From assembly GCA_963768655.1 (NCBI GenBank), contig CAVYIM010000003.1:672001-736000 (forward strand): a stretch of DNA of 64,000 bases. Direction: 5' to 3'. Below are positions 39,992 to 50,087 of this stretch, piece by piece. The stretch is from an uncultured Chloroflexia bacterium (GTDB lineage: Bacteria; Chloroflexota; Limnocylindria; Limnocylindrales; CSP1-4). The translations under genes were made by a program, and so were the position numbers. Position 1 is the stretch's first letter, and each line of letters begins with the position of its first letter. The notes under the pieces were generated by a model that did not search any database, was not told the origin of the DNA, and was given only the letters and a program-made list of their open reading frames with translations.

Positions 39992-41209
39992 CTACTTGTA
40001 GGCCACGGCCGTCCCCGTCGGCACGCTCTGGATGAATATCTCGCCTCGCACGAGCGGTATTTCATTGCCCGATGAGTCGTAGAAGCGTGTGAGCGCAGTG
40101 TCCGAGGCCTTCTTCCAGGTGCCGACGATCGCCTGACCCTCAAGGAATACGATCGCCTTGCCCGAGCCGACGTTGGCCACCACCGGGCGCTTGTGACCGG
40201 GATCGGAAACCGAGTCGTATGACAGCGCCTGGAACATGACGATCACATTGCGGGCCGTCACCTGCTGGCCGTTGGCAGGGTCGGTCTGGAGGTGGCCGCC
40301 CACGTAGCGGAGATACGAGTCGGTCGCCGGATCGAACGTGTAGCCGACCAGGCCGGTGCGGTAAGGGATGGAAATGGATTGCGTCGCGGGCAGCTGCGAG
40401 CGGGGCGAGTCGTCCCTGAAAGTGCGAACGGGCAGCCCTTGATACGTCGCCGGATAGCTCATCCTGGCCAGGCATCTGATGAGCACGGCCGAGTTGGTGT
40501 AGGCGTTGTGCGGCGACGCCCGGGTGGCAATGCGATGGTAGGGGCAGGAGCCTCCCCGGAGGTCGTCCATGTTGTAGATGTTCCTGGCGTTGGCCGGGAT
40601 GACCTTGTCCAGCGACACGGCATCGCCGCCAAAGTGCCCGAATACGGCCTTGTACTCGGCCGCCCAGTAGACGAAGTACGGACGGGCGCTTCGGACCGGC
40701 CCGATGTCTGTCGCGGTGCCCTCCTGGAACACCATCATGTAGCGGTCCTCGCCACCGTCGGCCGGGGCCTGGTAGACGATCGAGGCGGAGGAGAAACCCG
40801 ACTGCGGCCGGGCCACGATGTTGTCGTCGACCATGATCGCCATCGGCAGGCGATGGGCGAGATCGGCGGAAGTGAGCACTCCGTCGAGGTCGGCGTAGGC
40901 AAGGCCTGTGGGCGACGCCGCCGGCGAGCTCGTGGGCGTACCGGACGGTGAGGCCGGCGGCGTTGGCACTTCCGATGGCGATGGAGAAGGCGAGACGAGG
41001 GCCACCGCCGTGGCGCTCGGGCCGGCGCTGGCCTGGGCCGTTCCGCCCGATCCGACCGCGACCAGGAGGCTCGCGGCCAGGACGATCACGAGAGCGATCG
41101 CGACGAGCGCGACCACCACCGATCGATGGCTGGCCCAGGAGCGCTCGATCAGGTGTCGCAGTCGGGCTGCCAACGGTCGAAGACGTGCAATCACAGTCGA
41201 AGTCTCCAA
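39992..41209 (-). CDS. DUF3048-domain membrane-anchored protein
   Basis: MVDDNIVARPQSG, IGPVRSAR, RASPHNAY. Confidence 0.85.
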   Translation of the reverse strand: METSTVIARLRPLAARLRHLIERSWASHRSVVVALVAIALVIVLAASLLVAVGSGGTAQASAGPSATAVALVSPSPSPSEVPTPPASPSGTPTSSPAASPTGLAYADLDGVLTSADLAHRLPMAIMVDDNIVARPQSGFSSASIVYQAPADGGEDRYMMVFQEGTATDIGPVRSARPYFVYWAAEYKAVFGHFGGDAVSLDKVIPANARNIYNMDDLRGGSCPYHRIATRASPHNAYTNSAVLIRCLARMSYPATYQGLPVRTFRDDSPRSQLPATQSISIPYRTGLVGYTFDPATDSYLRYVGGHLQTDPANGQQVTARNVIVMFQALSYDSVSDPGHKRPVVANVGSGKAIVFLEGQAIVGTWKKASDTALTRFYDSSGNEIPLVRGEIFIQSVPTGTAVAYK

Positions 41210-41358
41210 GAGCGAAACCAGCGCACAGGATAGCGAGGAACGCGCGGTGGGGCGGCCGGCCCAGAGGAGCCACGCCGCGGAGACCTGGACGTCAAGTTCC
41301 TACCTGCCTCCCTTGCCGCGGCCCGGCATCCCTCACGCTCATCCGGTAGTATCTGGCG

Positions 41359-42489
41359 ATGGCTCAGTACCAGGATGCCCTACACCCGGATCGAGTGGAT
41401 CGCGGCGAGCGAGATTGTCTGCCGCGATGGGAACTCATCCGGCCCCACGTGCCTCCAAGCGGGATGATCCTCGACGTAGGCAGCAACCTTGGCTACTACG
41501 GCCTGAAGGCAACCGGCGAGAAGGCTGGGGTCGCGGTCGTGTCCCTGGAGCCGGAGCGATCGAATGTCGAGGGGCAACGGCAGCTTCTCCAGGAATACGA
41601 CACCAATCGGATCTGCCTGATCCAGGGCTCGGTCAACGCGGCGCTGGCCACAAAGTGGGCAGAGACCTGCGATTGGTTCGAACTCACCCTGCTCCTGGCC
41701 GTGCTGCACTGGACCGACGATCCGGGACGGATCGTTCGCGCTCTGTCGTCGATGAGCGGGGTACTGATCGCCGAAGTGCCGGACAGCGGGGACCGTGGCG
41801 CCGGCGGGCAGTCTCGACTGCGGCAGTGGGCCGATCCAATCGAGTGGTTCCGTGAACACACCGGCCGGACCGTGACGCTGCTGGGCAGGGTTCCGCGGCA
41901 TACCTCGAACGTGCCGTCGCACTTGATCATGGTCAGCGGGCCGGTCTCCCGGGAACCGACGGTGCCTTATTGGAACTACGATCCTGGGTACGGCCCGCAG
42001 CGCGAGTCGCGGGCGGGTGCCGACGCGGCGCAATACCAGATGCGGTATGACGGCGATCGCGTTCACTTCGCCATACGGGGAGAAGAGGTAGCCTACCGTC
42101 CAGGCGTAAACCTCGTCAGCCTGATGTACCTTGGCCGCCTCATCCGCCCCGAGCCCGCCTATTGGATCCAGGGCGCCGCCGCGGCCGTGGTGTCGTGGCC
42201 GGAGCACGGGGACCCGATGCCGCACAACATGCTGTGGACCCCGACCGGTCTGTCACTCATAGACGGCGACGACCAGCGCCTGCCGGCCGCGATACTGGCG
42301 TCGCAGCGCTCAATGGAGCACCACGTGACGGCCTGGGCAACGACCAAACCGCCTTCGTCGCGTCCGTATCTTGGCGCGTGGCTGAGCCCCTACCGACGGC
42401 TTCGCCGCGGAACGGGGCGGGTCCTCCGGCGGCGCGTGGGCAGGGAGGGCGTTGCGCGCATCAAGAGGCTAATGGGGCCGCTCGGCTAG
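41359..42489 (+). CDS. Class I SAM methyltransferase fused to a kinase-like domain (WbdD-like)
   Basis: ILDVGSNLGYY, LLAVLHW, RHTSNVPSHLIMVS, then HGDPMPHN...LID and a basic C-terminal helix. Confidence 0.65.
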   Translation: MAQYQDALHPDRVDRGERDCLPRWELIRPHVPPSGMILDVGSNLGYYGLKATGEKAGVAVVSLEPERSNVEGQRQLLQEYDTNRICLIQGSVNAALATKWAETCDWFELTLLLAVLHWTDDPGRIVRALSSMSGVLIAEVPDSGDRGAGGQSRLRQWADPIEWFREHTGRTVTLLGRVPRHTSNVPSHLIMVSGPVSREPTVPYWNYDPGYGPQRESRAGADAAQYQMRYDGDRVHFAIRGEEVAYRPGVNLVSLMYLGRLIRPEPAYWIQGAAAAVVSWPEHGDPMPHNMLWTPTGLSLIDGDDQRLPAAILASQRSMEHHVTAWATTKPPSSRPYLGAWLSPYRRLRRGTGRVLRRRVGREGVARIKRLMGPLG

Positions 42490-42831
42490 ACCGGGCGAGG
42501 CGTCGCTCCGGGGTTCGGCGTGGCAATGGCCGTGCCGCAAACCATGGCCCGCGGCCCCCATCACACGCTGAGAGGCAACCGTTTACTATGGTGCCCGGGT
42601 GAGCAACGCGACGTCGGCATGCGAATCGGCTGTCGTGGCCGGGGTCCTGTGTTCCTCGGAGTCAATGTGGCTGGACCCGCGCCGCGGCGAGCCGGCCTTC
42701 CGGTCGGCACAAGCGGGTCGCGGCCACCAGCTGGTGCGGGAGGATATGGGCATCCACCGAGTGCCTGAGAGCGGCGCGCTCACACGCCGCTCGACATCCA
42801 GATCCCGAACCCGACTGAGAAACCTCAGCCA

Positions 42832-44235
42832 GTGATAGACTCCGCAACCCTCCCAATCTGGCTCACGGCACTTGCCGCTGTCTTGCTGGGCGCGGCCGGA
42901 TTGTGGCTCGCACGCGTGGTTTCTGCGAAGGCGGAGTGGCCACCAGCGGGCGGCTTGCTGCTCCTGGCAGTGGCGGCGGTCGTGCCGAACGTGCCCGTGA
43001 CATTCGGGCTCAGCCTCGACGACATCCTGCCCCTCGTGGGAGTCGCCCTGCTCGCCCTCGGCGTTCTCCGGGATCGGGCCGCGGTGCGCGAGGCGTGGCG
43101 CTCGATTGAGTCGCGTACAGTCCGCGGGCTGGTGGTTCTCGCGGCCGAGGCGATCGTCTTCATCGTCGTGGCGGCCGCCGTCTCCAGCGTCGTCAACGCG
43201 TCGGGTCCCGTGGACGCGGCTCGTCTGTTTGCTCGGAGCGGCGTTCGCTTCCTGCTGATCGCGGCAATCGTCGTACTGGCCGTGCTTGCCAACCCGCCCC
43301 GGCGACGCGCGGCCCTTCTCACTCACGCGATCGCGCTGGTGGGCACCGCAGAAGCCGCGTTCGGAGTCGTTGCCTATCTTCTGCCACTGCCAGGTCACAT
43401 GGGCCTCGAACTGGCTCGGGAGAATTCGGTTCTGTACGAGAACGTTCCCGGGAGGGTTGCGGGGACGATCGGCCTATCGCCGGACTTCCTGGGGGCGCTG
43501 TTCCTCTTCACCATGCCCCTTTCAGTCGCGCTGGCGCTCGAGTCGGAAAGTCGCGACCATCGCCTCTTCTGGTGGGCCGCCGCCGCGGTCCAGGCGCTCG
43601 CTCTTGGTCTTTCCTTCACGCGCGTGTCGCTGGCGCTGGCGGCAGTTGAGGTCGTGGTTCTGATTCTGTGGCGTGGCCGCATGCGCTACATCATTCCCTT
43701 GGGCGCGAGCCTGCTGCCCGTTGCGATATTCACGCCGGCGATTCGGCGCGTTACTGATGACGTACCCGATCGGTTGGCCCTCTGGACTTCAGGGTTTCGG
43801 ATGATGATCGATCACCCGTTCTTCGGAGTTGGGTCGGGCAACATGGTCGCCGTTCAGCTGGCGCAACCACTTCGCTACGGCTATACGACCTTCGGAGCGG
43901 CCGATGTGAATGCGCACAACACGCTCTTGCTCGCGGGTGCCGAGCTTGGAACTCTGGGTTTCGTCGCGGCGGTGCTTCTCAATGTGGCGCTCGCGGTGCT
44001 CGCCGCGCGCATGCTCTGGCTCTGCTTCCGAGATAGACGTCGGCAGCTTGCCCCGGCGGCTGCGTCTCTAGCGGTGTTGGCCTTTCTCGTTCAGGGGATG
44101 GTGAACGATCTCTTCACAGTCCCTGTGGTCAGCACCATGGCGGCCCTGGTAATAGGCGGCTTCCTGGTGGTCGCTCCCGAGGAAGCGCCTGTGGCGGCGG
44201 TCCAGGGTGCGGGCGTACGCCAGACCGAGGGATGA
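42832..44235 (+). CDS. O-antigen ligase family protein
   Basis: Polytopic; SFTR, RLALW...MIDHPFFGVGSGN, AHN...ELG. Confidence 0.85.
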   Translation: MIDSATLPIWLTALAAVLLGAAGLWLARVVSAKAEWPPAGGLLLLAVAAVVPNVPVTFGLSLDDILPLVGVALLALGVLRDRAAVREAWRSIESRTVRGLVVLAAEAIVFIVVAAAVSSVVNASGPVDAARLFARSGVRFLLIAAIVVLAVLANPPRRRAALLTHAIALVGTAEAAFGVVAYLLPLPGHMGLELARENSVLYENVPGRVAGTIGLSPDFLGALFLFTMPLSVALALESESRDHRLFWWAAAAVQALALGLSFTRVSLALAAVEVVVLILWRGRMRYIIPLGASLLPVAIFTPAIRRVTDDVPDRLALWTSGFRMMIDHPFFGVGSGNMVAVQLAQPLRYGYTTFGAADVNAHNTLLLAGAELGTLGFVAAVLLNVALAVLAARMLWLCFRDRRRQLAPAAASLAVLAFLVQGMVNDLFTVPVVSTMAALVIGGFLVVAPEEAPVAAVQGAGVRQTEG

Positions 44236-44447
44236 CCAGAAGGTCGCGTGCGGCCGTCGCCCGACACCTGGCGGGATCGGCGGAGGCGGCTCGTCCTGTA
44301 GCTTCAGCGCCGCGCCGGTGGCAGCGCGCCGACGTCCGAACATCGCCCGCTGAGTTGGGGCCGAGGCTTCCCAGGATCAGGACTCGCCAACGCGCAGGGC
44401 GCCGGGTCGGAGCGTACAATCCTTTTCCCGTGTTCGGGTCGCCATGA

Positions 44448-45932
44448 GTGGAGGGTAGTTTGACGTCCGTTTCCCCGAGTCCCGCTGCCGCGCCGGAGAC
44501 GCCGACTGCGCCGTCAAGAAACGCGACCGAGACTCGTATCGTCACGTGGCTTCTTGTGGCGTTCCTTGTCTGGGTGCCGCTCCAGACGCCGGTCGACGTC
44601 CTCGCGTACCAGTACCTGCATATCCCGATTCGGTTCGCCCAGGGCATCTTGCTGGTCAAGGATGTCTGGGCCGCGGGACTCTTCGCGGTGCTTTTCCTCA
44701 GACACTACCGCGAGGTCCGGTTCCGCTGGTTCGACTGGTTCGCGGTTCTGTATGGAATCCTCGTGGCCATCTACAGTGTCGTGCCGCTCGCGCTCGGGTC
44801 CAACCTCCCACCCCTTGCCGTGTTTGCGTCGGCACGGGAAATGCTGGTGCCGATCGAGCTATACGGCCTCGGCCGATTGGCCGGCTACGCCGGAGTATCG
44901 CCTTTGGGCCTTGCGCGGGCCTTTCTCTGGGTGGCGGCCGGCGCGGCCGTCTTTTCGGTCGTGACCTTTGTGCTGTTCCCACAGTCCTTCTGGGATACCG
45001 GCTACAACCTGCTCGGCTTCATGCGCAACGTTCAGGCCATAGCCACTGACAAGTCGCTTCGGGATGCCAGCATCATCGCCCGGTACGGCCCGACAGGGTG
45101 GTCGCTTCGGGCGGTCGGCCCGTTCACCCATCCGGTCGGAGCTGCGGTCTACTTTGCCCTGCCGCTGACGCTGGCTCTGTGTGCCGCCTGGACGAGGGAT
45201 CTGCGGCGGAGGGTGGCATTGGCTGGAGCGGCGCTCGCAGTGGTCTTGTTCGGGCTGGCCGTGATCACTCCGATTTCTCGAGGGATTTGGATCGGCCTCA
45301 TCGGCTCGCTCGTTGTCAGCGGCGTCGTGCTGCACAAGTATCGCCTGGCCGCTCTGTCGATCGTCGTGTTCGTTGCCTTCATCGGGTTGGTCCCCCCCTT
45401 CAGCTACTCGATAACTTCCGCCGCCACTGCCACCGACTCATCGACGACCGCTCACTCCGGAGCTCTCGCGCACGGTGCGAATGTAGTGGTCACAAATCCG
45501 CTTGGAATGGGCGTCGGCCAGGCCGACTCCTTCGGGAAGAACTATTCGGCGTCTGCCGGTGTCGATTCGTCCGGTGTCGGCGAGAACATGTACCTCACGA
45601 CATACACCAGCGTTGGGCCTCTGGGTTTGCTGGCGCTGCTGGTTTGGATGGCGGCCTTGCTCGTGGAGCTCTTTGGCCGATTGCGCAGCTCGTTGCCCGC
45701 GTGGGTCCCAGTCGGCATTGGGGCAGGGCTCCTTGCCGAACTGGCAGCTGGGATGTCGGCCTCGACGCTTATGCGGTTCACCACGGCGGCCAGCATCTGC
45801 CTTCTTGTGGGTCTCGTCATTGCAGTGCCGGGCCCGGAATTCAGGTGGCCAATCTTGTCCGTCATCCAGCACCCACGTACATGGCTCGCCTCTCGCGGCC
45901 CGAAGCGGCGGCCTCGGGGCGAACAGGCCTAG
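44448..45932 (+). CDS. O-antigen ligase/polymerase-like membrane protein
   Basis: Polytopic; RAVGPFTHP, SRG, NPLGMGVG, ENMYL. Confidence 0.75.
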   Translation: MEGSLTSVSPSPAAAPETPTAPSRNATETRIVTWLLVAFLVWVPLQTPVDVLAYQYLHIPIRFAQGILLVKDVWAAGLFAVLFLRHYREVRFRWFDWFAVLYGILVAIYSVVPLALGSNLPPLAVFASAREMLVPIELYGLGRLAGYAGVSPLGLARAFLWVAAGAAVFSVVTFVLFPQSFWDTGYNLLGFMRNVQAIATDKSLRDASIIARYGPTGWSLRAVGPFTHPVGAAVYFALPLTLALCAAWTRDLRRRVALAGAALAVVLFGLAVITPISRGIWIGLIGSLVVSGVVLHKYRLAALSIVVFVAFIGLVPPFSYSITSAATATDSSTTAHSGALAHGANVVVTNPLGMGVGQADSFGKNYSASAGVDSSGVGENMYLTTYTSVGPLGLLALLVWMAALLVELFGRLRSSLPAWVPVGIGAGLLAELAAGMSASTLMRFTTAASICLLVGLVIAVPGPEFRWPILSVIQHPRTWLASRGPKRRPRGEQA

Positions 45933-46413
45933 CGCGGGTGCATAGGAGACTTGACTGGATCGTCCGTTCAGCCCCTATGATGCTCATCTGGTGGCTTGCG
46001 CGACTCAGTCGGAGACCCTGATCTCTGCGAATTGAAGCGTCGATGCGGACGAGGGAGCGTCGTCCGCGAGGAACTTCACTTCGGGGCGGAATTGCCCGCA
46101 GCAAGGACGGAGGAAGTCCGCACTCTCTGTTCGACGGTTCCATGGAGGGCAAAGGAGTTACGGTGGAGAACTGGCTCCCGTGTAGGCGCAGTTGACGACG
46201 TAGATGCGACACGACGTCGTCCACCTCGACCGGATTGGCATTGGCCATCGACTTCGGACCCGGTCTGTCCGCGCCATCCCAACGTCCACGCCTTCGCTAC
46301 GCTCCGTCGGGGAACCATACGAAGGAACCGTCGCAAGCTCGGTCGTCGAGGCACCCGAAGGGGTCGCGTCTTCACCGATCGAGAATCACGCCCGACCGGT
46401 GGAGGAGCGCTAG

Positions 46414-47184
46414 ATGGGCCCACCGACCATGCCTGCAGTTGTGCCCATCGCAGATCTCCTCATCCATGACGTCGATCCAGATGAAACCAATTCCTTGCTC
46501 TTGAGCTGGCTGTCCAATCCTGGCCCTGGCGCCTACTACGTGTGCACGCCGAACGTGGACTATGTCGTGAGGTCGCGTCGCAATGAGCGTTTTCGCGACG
46601 CGATCAACGCGGCCGACTTGCGTGTACCCGACGGGATGTGGATCGTCTACGCGTCTCGACTCGCCGGGCGACCTCTACGCGCGAGTGTCACCGGCCGTAT
46701 GTTGCTGCCCCGTCTCGCCGCCCACTGTCGCGACGATAGCCGCAGCGTTGGGATAGTCGGGGCGGCCGAAGGGGTCGCAGCCAGGGCCGCGGCGCGGCTT
46801 GTCGCCCAGTACCCTGGGCTGGTCGTTCGCCATGCCATATCTCCGCCGATGGGCTTCCAAGTGGGGTCCACTGCGGACAGCGAGATCCTGGCCGCGCTGA
46901 AGAAAGACCCTGTCGACCTGCTATTCGTTGCTCTGGGGGCCCCGAAGCAGGAGATCTGGATGCAGGAGCACCGGGACGACCTGCCCGGGACCGTACTGAT
47001 CGGGGTGGGCGCAGGCGTCGACATCTTTGCCGGCCGGTTCCGTGAGGCTCCGCGCTGGATGACCAGGGTCGGGCTCGAATGGCTGTTCCGTCTCGCCCAG
47101 GAGCCCCGTCGCCTCGGGCGGCGGTATCTGGTCGACGACCCGTGGATCCTGCTCTGGGCTGTGAGGACGCGTTTCTCCAGGTAG
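46414..47184 (+). CDS. WecB/TagA/CpsF family glycosyltransferase (GT26)
   Basis: TPNVD, PDG, RASVTG, LGAPKQE, RAP-like REAP, LEWLFRLAQEPRRL..RY. Confidence 0.92.
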   Translation: MGPPTMPAVVPIADLLIHDVDPDETNSLLLSWLSNPGPGAYYVCTPNVDYVVRSRRNERFRDAINAADLRVPDGMWIVYASRLAGRPLRASVTGRMLLPRLAAHCRDDSRSVGIVGAAEGVAARAAARLVAQYPGLVVRHAISPPMGFQVGSTADSEILAALKKDPVDLLFVALGAPKQEIWMQEHRDDLPGTVLIGVGAGVDIFAGRFREAPRWMTRVGLEWLFRLAQEPRRLGRRYLVDDPWILLWAVRTRFSR

Positions 47185-47345
47185 TGGGCAATCCGGCGGA
47201 TGGGCTATCGCCCCGTTCCCCTGACCTTCGGCGGCATGGCATGGCGTGGCGTGGCGGGGCGGGGCGCGGTGCGGCGATGACTCGGCGGCACCGCCAGGGC
47301 GCCCCTCGACGTGTGGCGACAGGCGGGTTCCTGCGGATCGACGCC

Positions 47346-48558
47346 CTACGCCGGCAGCTTATCCATCGGCTCGCGCAGTTTCGCGCGCGGCCTGACCCGC
47401 AGCTGGGAATATAGCTCGTCGATCTGGCCTCGGAGGCGCTCGATGTCGTAGTCGGCTGCCCGAGCGCGAAGCTTCGCGGTCAGTGCGTCGAGATCGCCTT
47501 TTCCAGCCTCGAGCAGTGCGCGGATTGAACCCGCCGCCGCATTCGCGTCGCCGAAGTCGACGAGCTGGCCGCTCAGGCCGCTGCCCAGCAGGAGCTCATG
47601 GGCCGGAATCCGGTTGGCAACGAGCGGCACGCCAGCGGCCATCGCCTCCAGAAGTGCCAGCCCGAAGCCTTCGCCCTTGCTCGGAAATGCCGCAACGGAG
47701 GCGGACTTCAGCAGATCCGGCAATTGCTTCTCTGGAAAGCTGAGGAGATACGTCATGCGATCCGGCACTCCCAGGTCGTCGACAAAGGACTTGATCCGGG
47801 CCAACTCCTCGGAATCGGGCTCGCCCGCAAGCACGAGCGACCATTCCAGGTCGCAGAATCCGACTCAAAGCCCGAACCAGGTCAGTCAGGGCCTTGTTGG
47901 GAACCAACCTGCCGATGGACACGACTCGGCCCGGGATCGGGGTTCGCTCGAGGCTCAGCAGGTTCTTCAGCGGGAGGGCGTTCGGGTACGTTACGGTCAG
48001 GCCGGCAAGGTAGGGTGCGTCCCGCAGCAACAGAACGCGATCGGCGTCACTGCTGGCTACCGTCCGAACACGCCCCAGGCGCAACAGCGGCCCGAAGTAG
48101 AAGCGCATCGCCAGTCGCTTCCACCGGAGGCCGCCGCCCGAATGGAATATCAGGCCACGGGTATGGAAAATGCGCGGCCGGCGCGCCACGCTGGCGCCAA
48201 TCGTGGTACTGGCTATGGCGAAGCGAAGATCGTGCATGTGCACGACATCGTTGCGCACTATCTCTCTCCATATTCGATCCGGCCGGAAGGTGAAAGCGAA
48301 CTGCGTTGCGCCCCGGCCCGGGAGGCGAATGACCTCAAGACCATCCACGGTTTCGTGCCCTGGGAGGCCCCTGGTTGGTCCTGTGACATCCCGATCCAGC
48401 GTCACGATCGTCACACGACAACCCGCCTCGGCCTGCGCGACTGCCAGGTCGTGGACAGATTTCTCCGTCCCCCCAATCAAAGGGCGGAACCGCCGGCAGA
48501 CGTGGAGGACGCGGAGTGGTACCTCGGATTTCGTGGACGGGCCCACAGGCGACGTCAC
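47346..48558 (-). pseudogene. GT4 glycosyltransferase with a frameshift near 47855
   Basis: N-part (RVLHV...GGTE...IGRLVPNK) and C-part (DLEWSLVLAG...PSKGEGFGLALLEAMA) lie in different frames, joined at CGG ATT CTG C GAC CTG; start approximate. Confidence 0.8.
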
Positions 48559-48789
48559 GATTCCGAACCACCCGGGCTCGCTGCCGCCCGGCAGCGCGTC
48601 CGAGCTGTGACTGTGGCTGCCATCGACCGGAAGACTGGATCGTGACAGGGGCAACGGGACGCCCAACCGAGATCGTGCATCCACGTAGTGTATCGATTGA
48701 CCTGCTCAGGGTGTCGGGCTGAGCTGTTCAACCGGCCACCGACAAGCCAGCGGCTTTGGTAGCATCCCGGGGTGCTGATAGGAGAGCCC

Positions 48790-50025
48790 ATGGATTCCCA
48801 AGCGCCCGCGCTGCCCGCTATCGATATGCCTGCCGACCCCCTCGATCTCGCGGTTGTCGGGGGCGGAGGGCACGTCGGGCTTCCGTTGAGCCTGGCATTT
48901 GCCCAAGCAGGGCTTCGAGTCGGCATCTACGACACGTCCCAGCCAACACTGGACACCATCGCCCAGGGGACGATGCCGTTTCGCGAGGTCGGCGCGCCCG
49001 AGCTGCTCGTGCAGATGCTTGCCGCGGGCCGGTTGGACCTGAGCTCGTCGCCGGCGATGTTGCAGCGAACAGCGAACGTGATCCTCGTGGTTGGCACGCC
49101 AATCGACGAGTTCATGCATCCTTCCCTGGCCGTCTTCGACAAGGTGGCCGATCAGATTGCACCGCATCTCAACCCGGGGACCCTGGTGATCCTTCGAAGC
49201 ACCGTCTACCCCGGCACTTCACAGTACCTGAGCCAGGCCCTCGCGGTCCGCGGCGCGAAGGTGAGCGTGGCCTTCTGCCCGGAGAGGATTGCCGAGGGAA
49301 ACGCCCTCGAAGAGCTGCGCCAGCTTCCGAACATCGTCGGTGCTGACGAAGTTGAGGCCGGCGACCGCACCGAGGCCCTGTTCGCGCATCTGGCGAGTGC
49401 GGTAATCAGAACCACAACTCAGGAAGCGGAGCTAGCCAAGCTGCTCACCAACGCCTGGCGCTATCTGAAGTTCGCCATCGCGAACCAGTTTCTCGTCATG
49501 TCGCACACTGCCGGCATCGACTATGGGCACGTCCTGGAGGCGATGAAGACAGGTTACCCACGCGCCGCCGACGTGCCGGCTCCTGGCTTCGCCGCAGGTC
49601 CGTGCCTTCTCAAGGACACCATGCAACTGGCCGCGCTCGCGACCGACCACTTCGCCCTTGGCCACGCCGCCGTTCAGGCCAACGAGGGTCTGCCCGCGTT
49701 CGTCGTCGGTGCGCTCAAGAAGCGATACGGCGACCTTCAGGGAAGAACCGTAGGCGTCCTGGGGATGTCGTTCAAGCCGGAGTCGGACGATGTTCGATCG
49801 TCGCTCAGCTACAAGCTTCGCAAGCTCCTGATTTGGACGGGCGCCACCGTCCTCTGCACCGACCCATACGTCCACGACGTGCGGCTGGTGTCTTTGGAGC
49901 GAGTGATGGCAGAGGCCGAGATTCTCGTCCTGGGCGTTCCTCACCGCGCCTACCGAGAGCTCGACCTCACCGGGCGCGAGGTCGTGGACATCTGGGGGGC
50001 GCTGGGACAGGGCGTGCGAGTCTGA
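48790..50025 (+). CDS. Nucleotide-sugar dehydrogenase (UDP-Glc/GDP-Man/WecC family)
   Basis: GGGGHVGLP, RSTVYPG, CPERIAEG, AELAKL, GPCL (catalytic Cys), FKPESDDVR. Confidence 0.92.
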   Translation: MDSQAPALPAIDMPADPLDLAVVGGGGHVGLPLSLAFAQAGLRVGIYDTSQPTLDTIAQGTMPFREVGAPELLVQMLAAGRLDLSSSPAMLQRTANVILVVGTPIDEFMHPSLAVFDKVADQIAPHLNPGTLVILRSTVYPGTSQYLSQALAVRGAKVSVAFCPERIAEGNALEELRQLPNIVGADEVEAGDRTEALFAHLASAVIRTTTQEAELAKLLTNAWRYLKFAIANQFLVMSHTAGIDYGHVLEAMKTGYPRAADVPAPGFAAGPCLLKDTMQLAALATDHFALGHAAVQANEGLPAFVVGALKKRYGDLQGRTVGVLGMSFKPESDDVRSSLSYKLRKLLIWTGATVLCTDPYVHDVRLVSLERVMAEAEILVLGVPHRAYRELDLTGREVVDIWGALGQGVRV

Positions 50026-50087
50026 CGCTCGCGACCGAGCTCTCGGGCTGTCCCGCTACATCGACCCATCGCAGCACGGCAGGCGGT

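Noticed and set aside
45951-45981. Sigma70-like promoter TTGACT...TATGAT
   Set aside because: The 19-bp spacer and the distance of more than 400 bp to the next start make it too weak to call.
46105-46130. GAGGAAGTCCGCACTC resembling the RNase P RNA 5' conserved region
   Set aside because: It is one A short of the consensus, and no matching 3' AGAAYYCGGCTTA element was found downstream.
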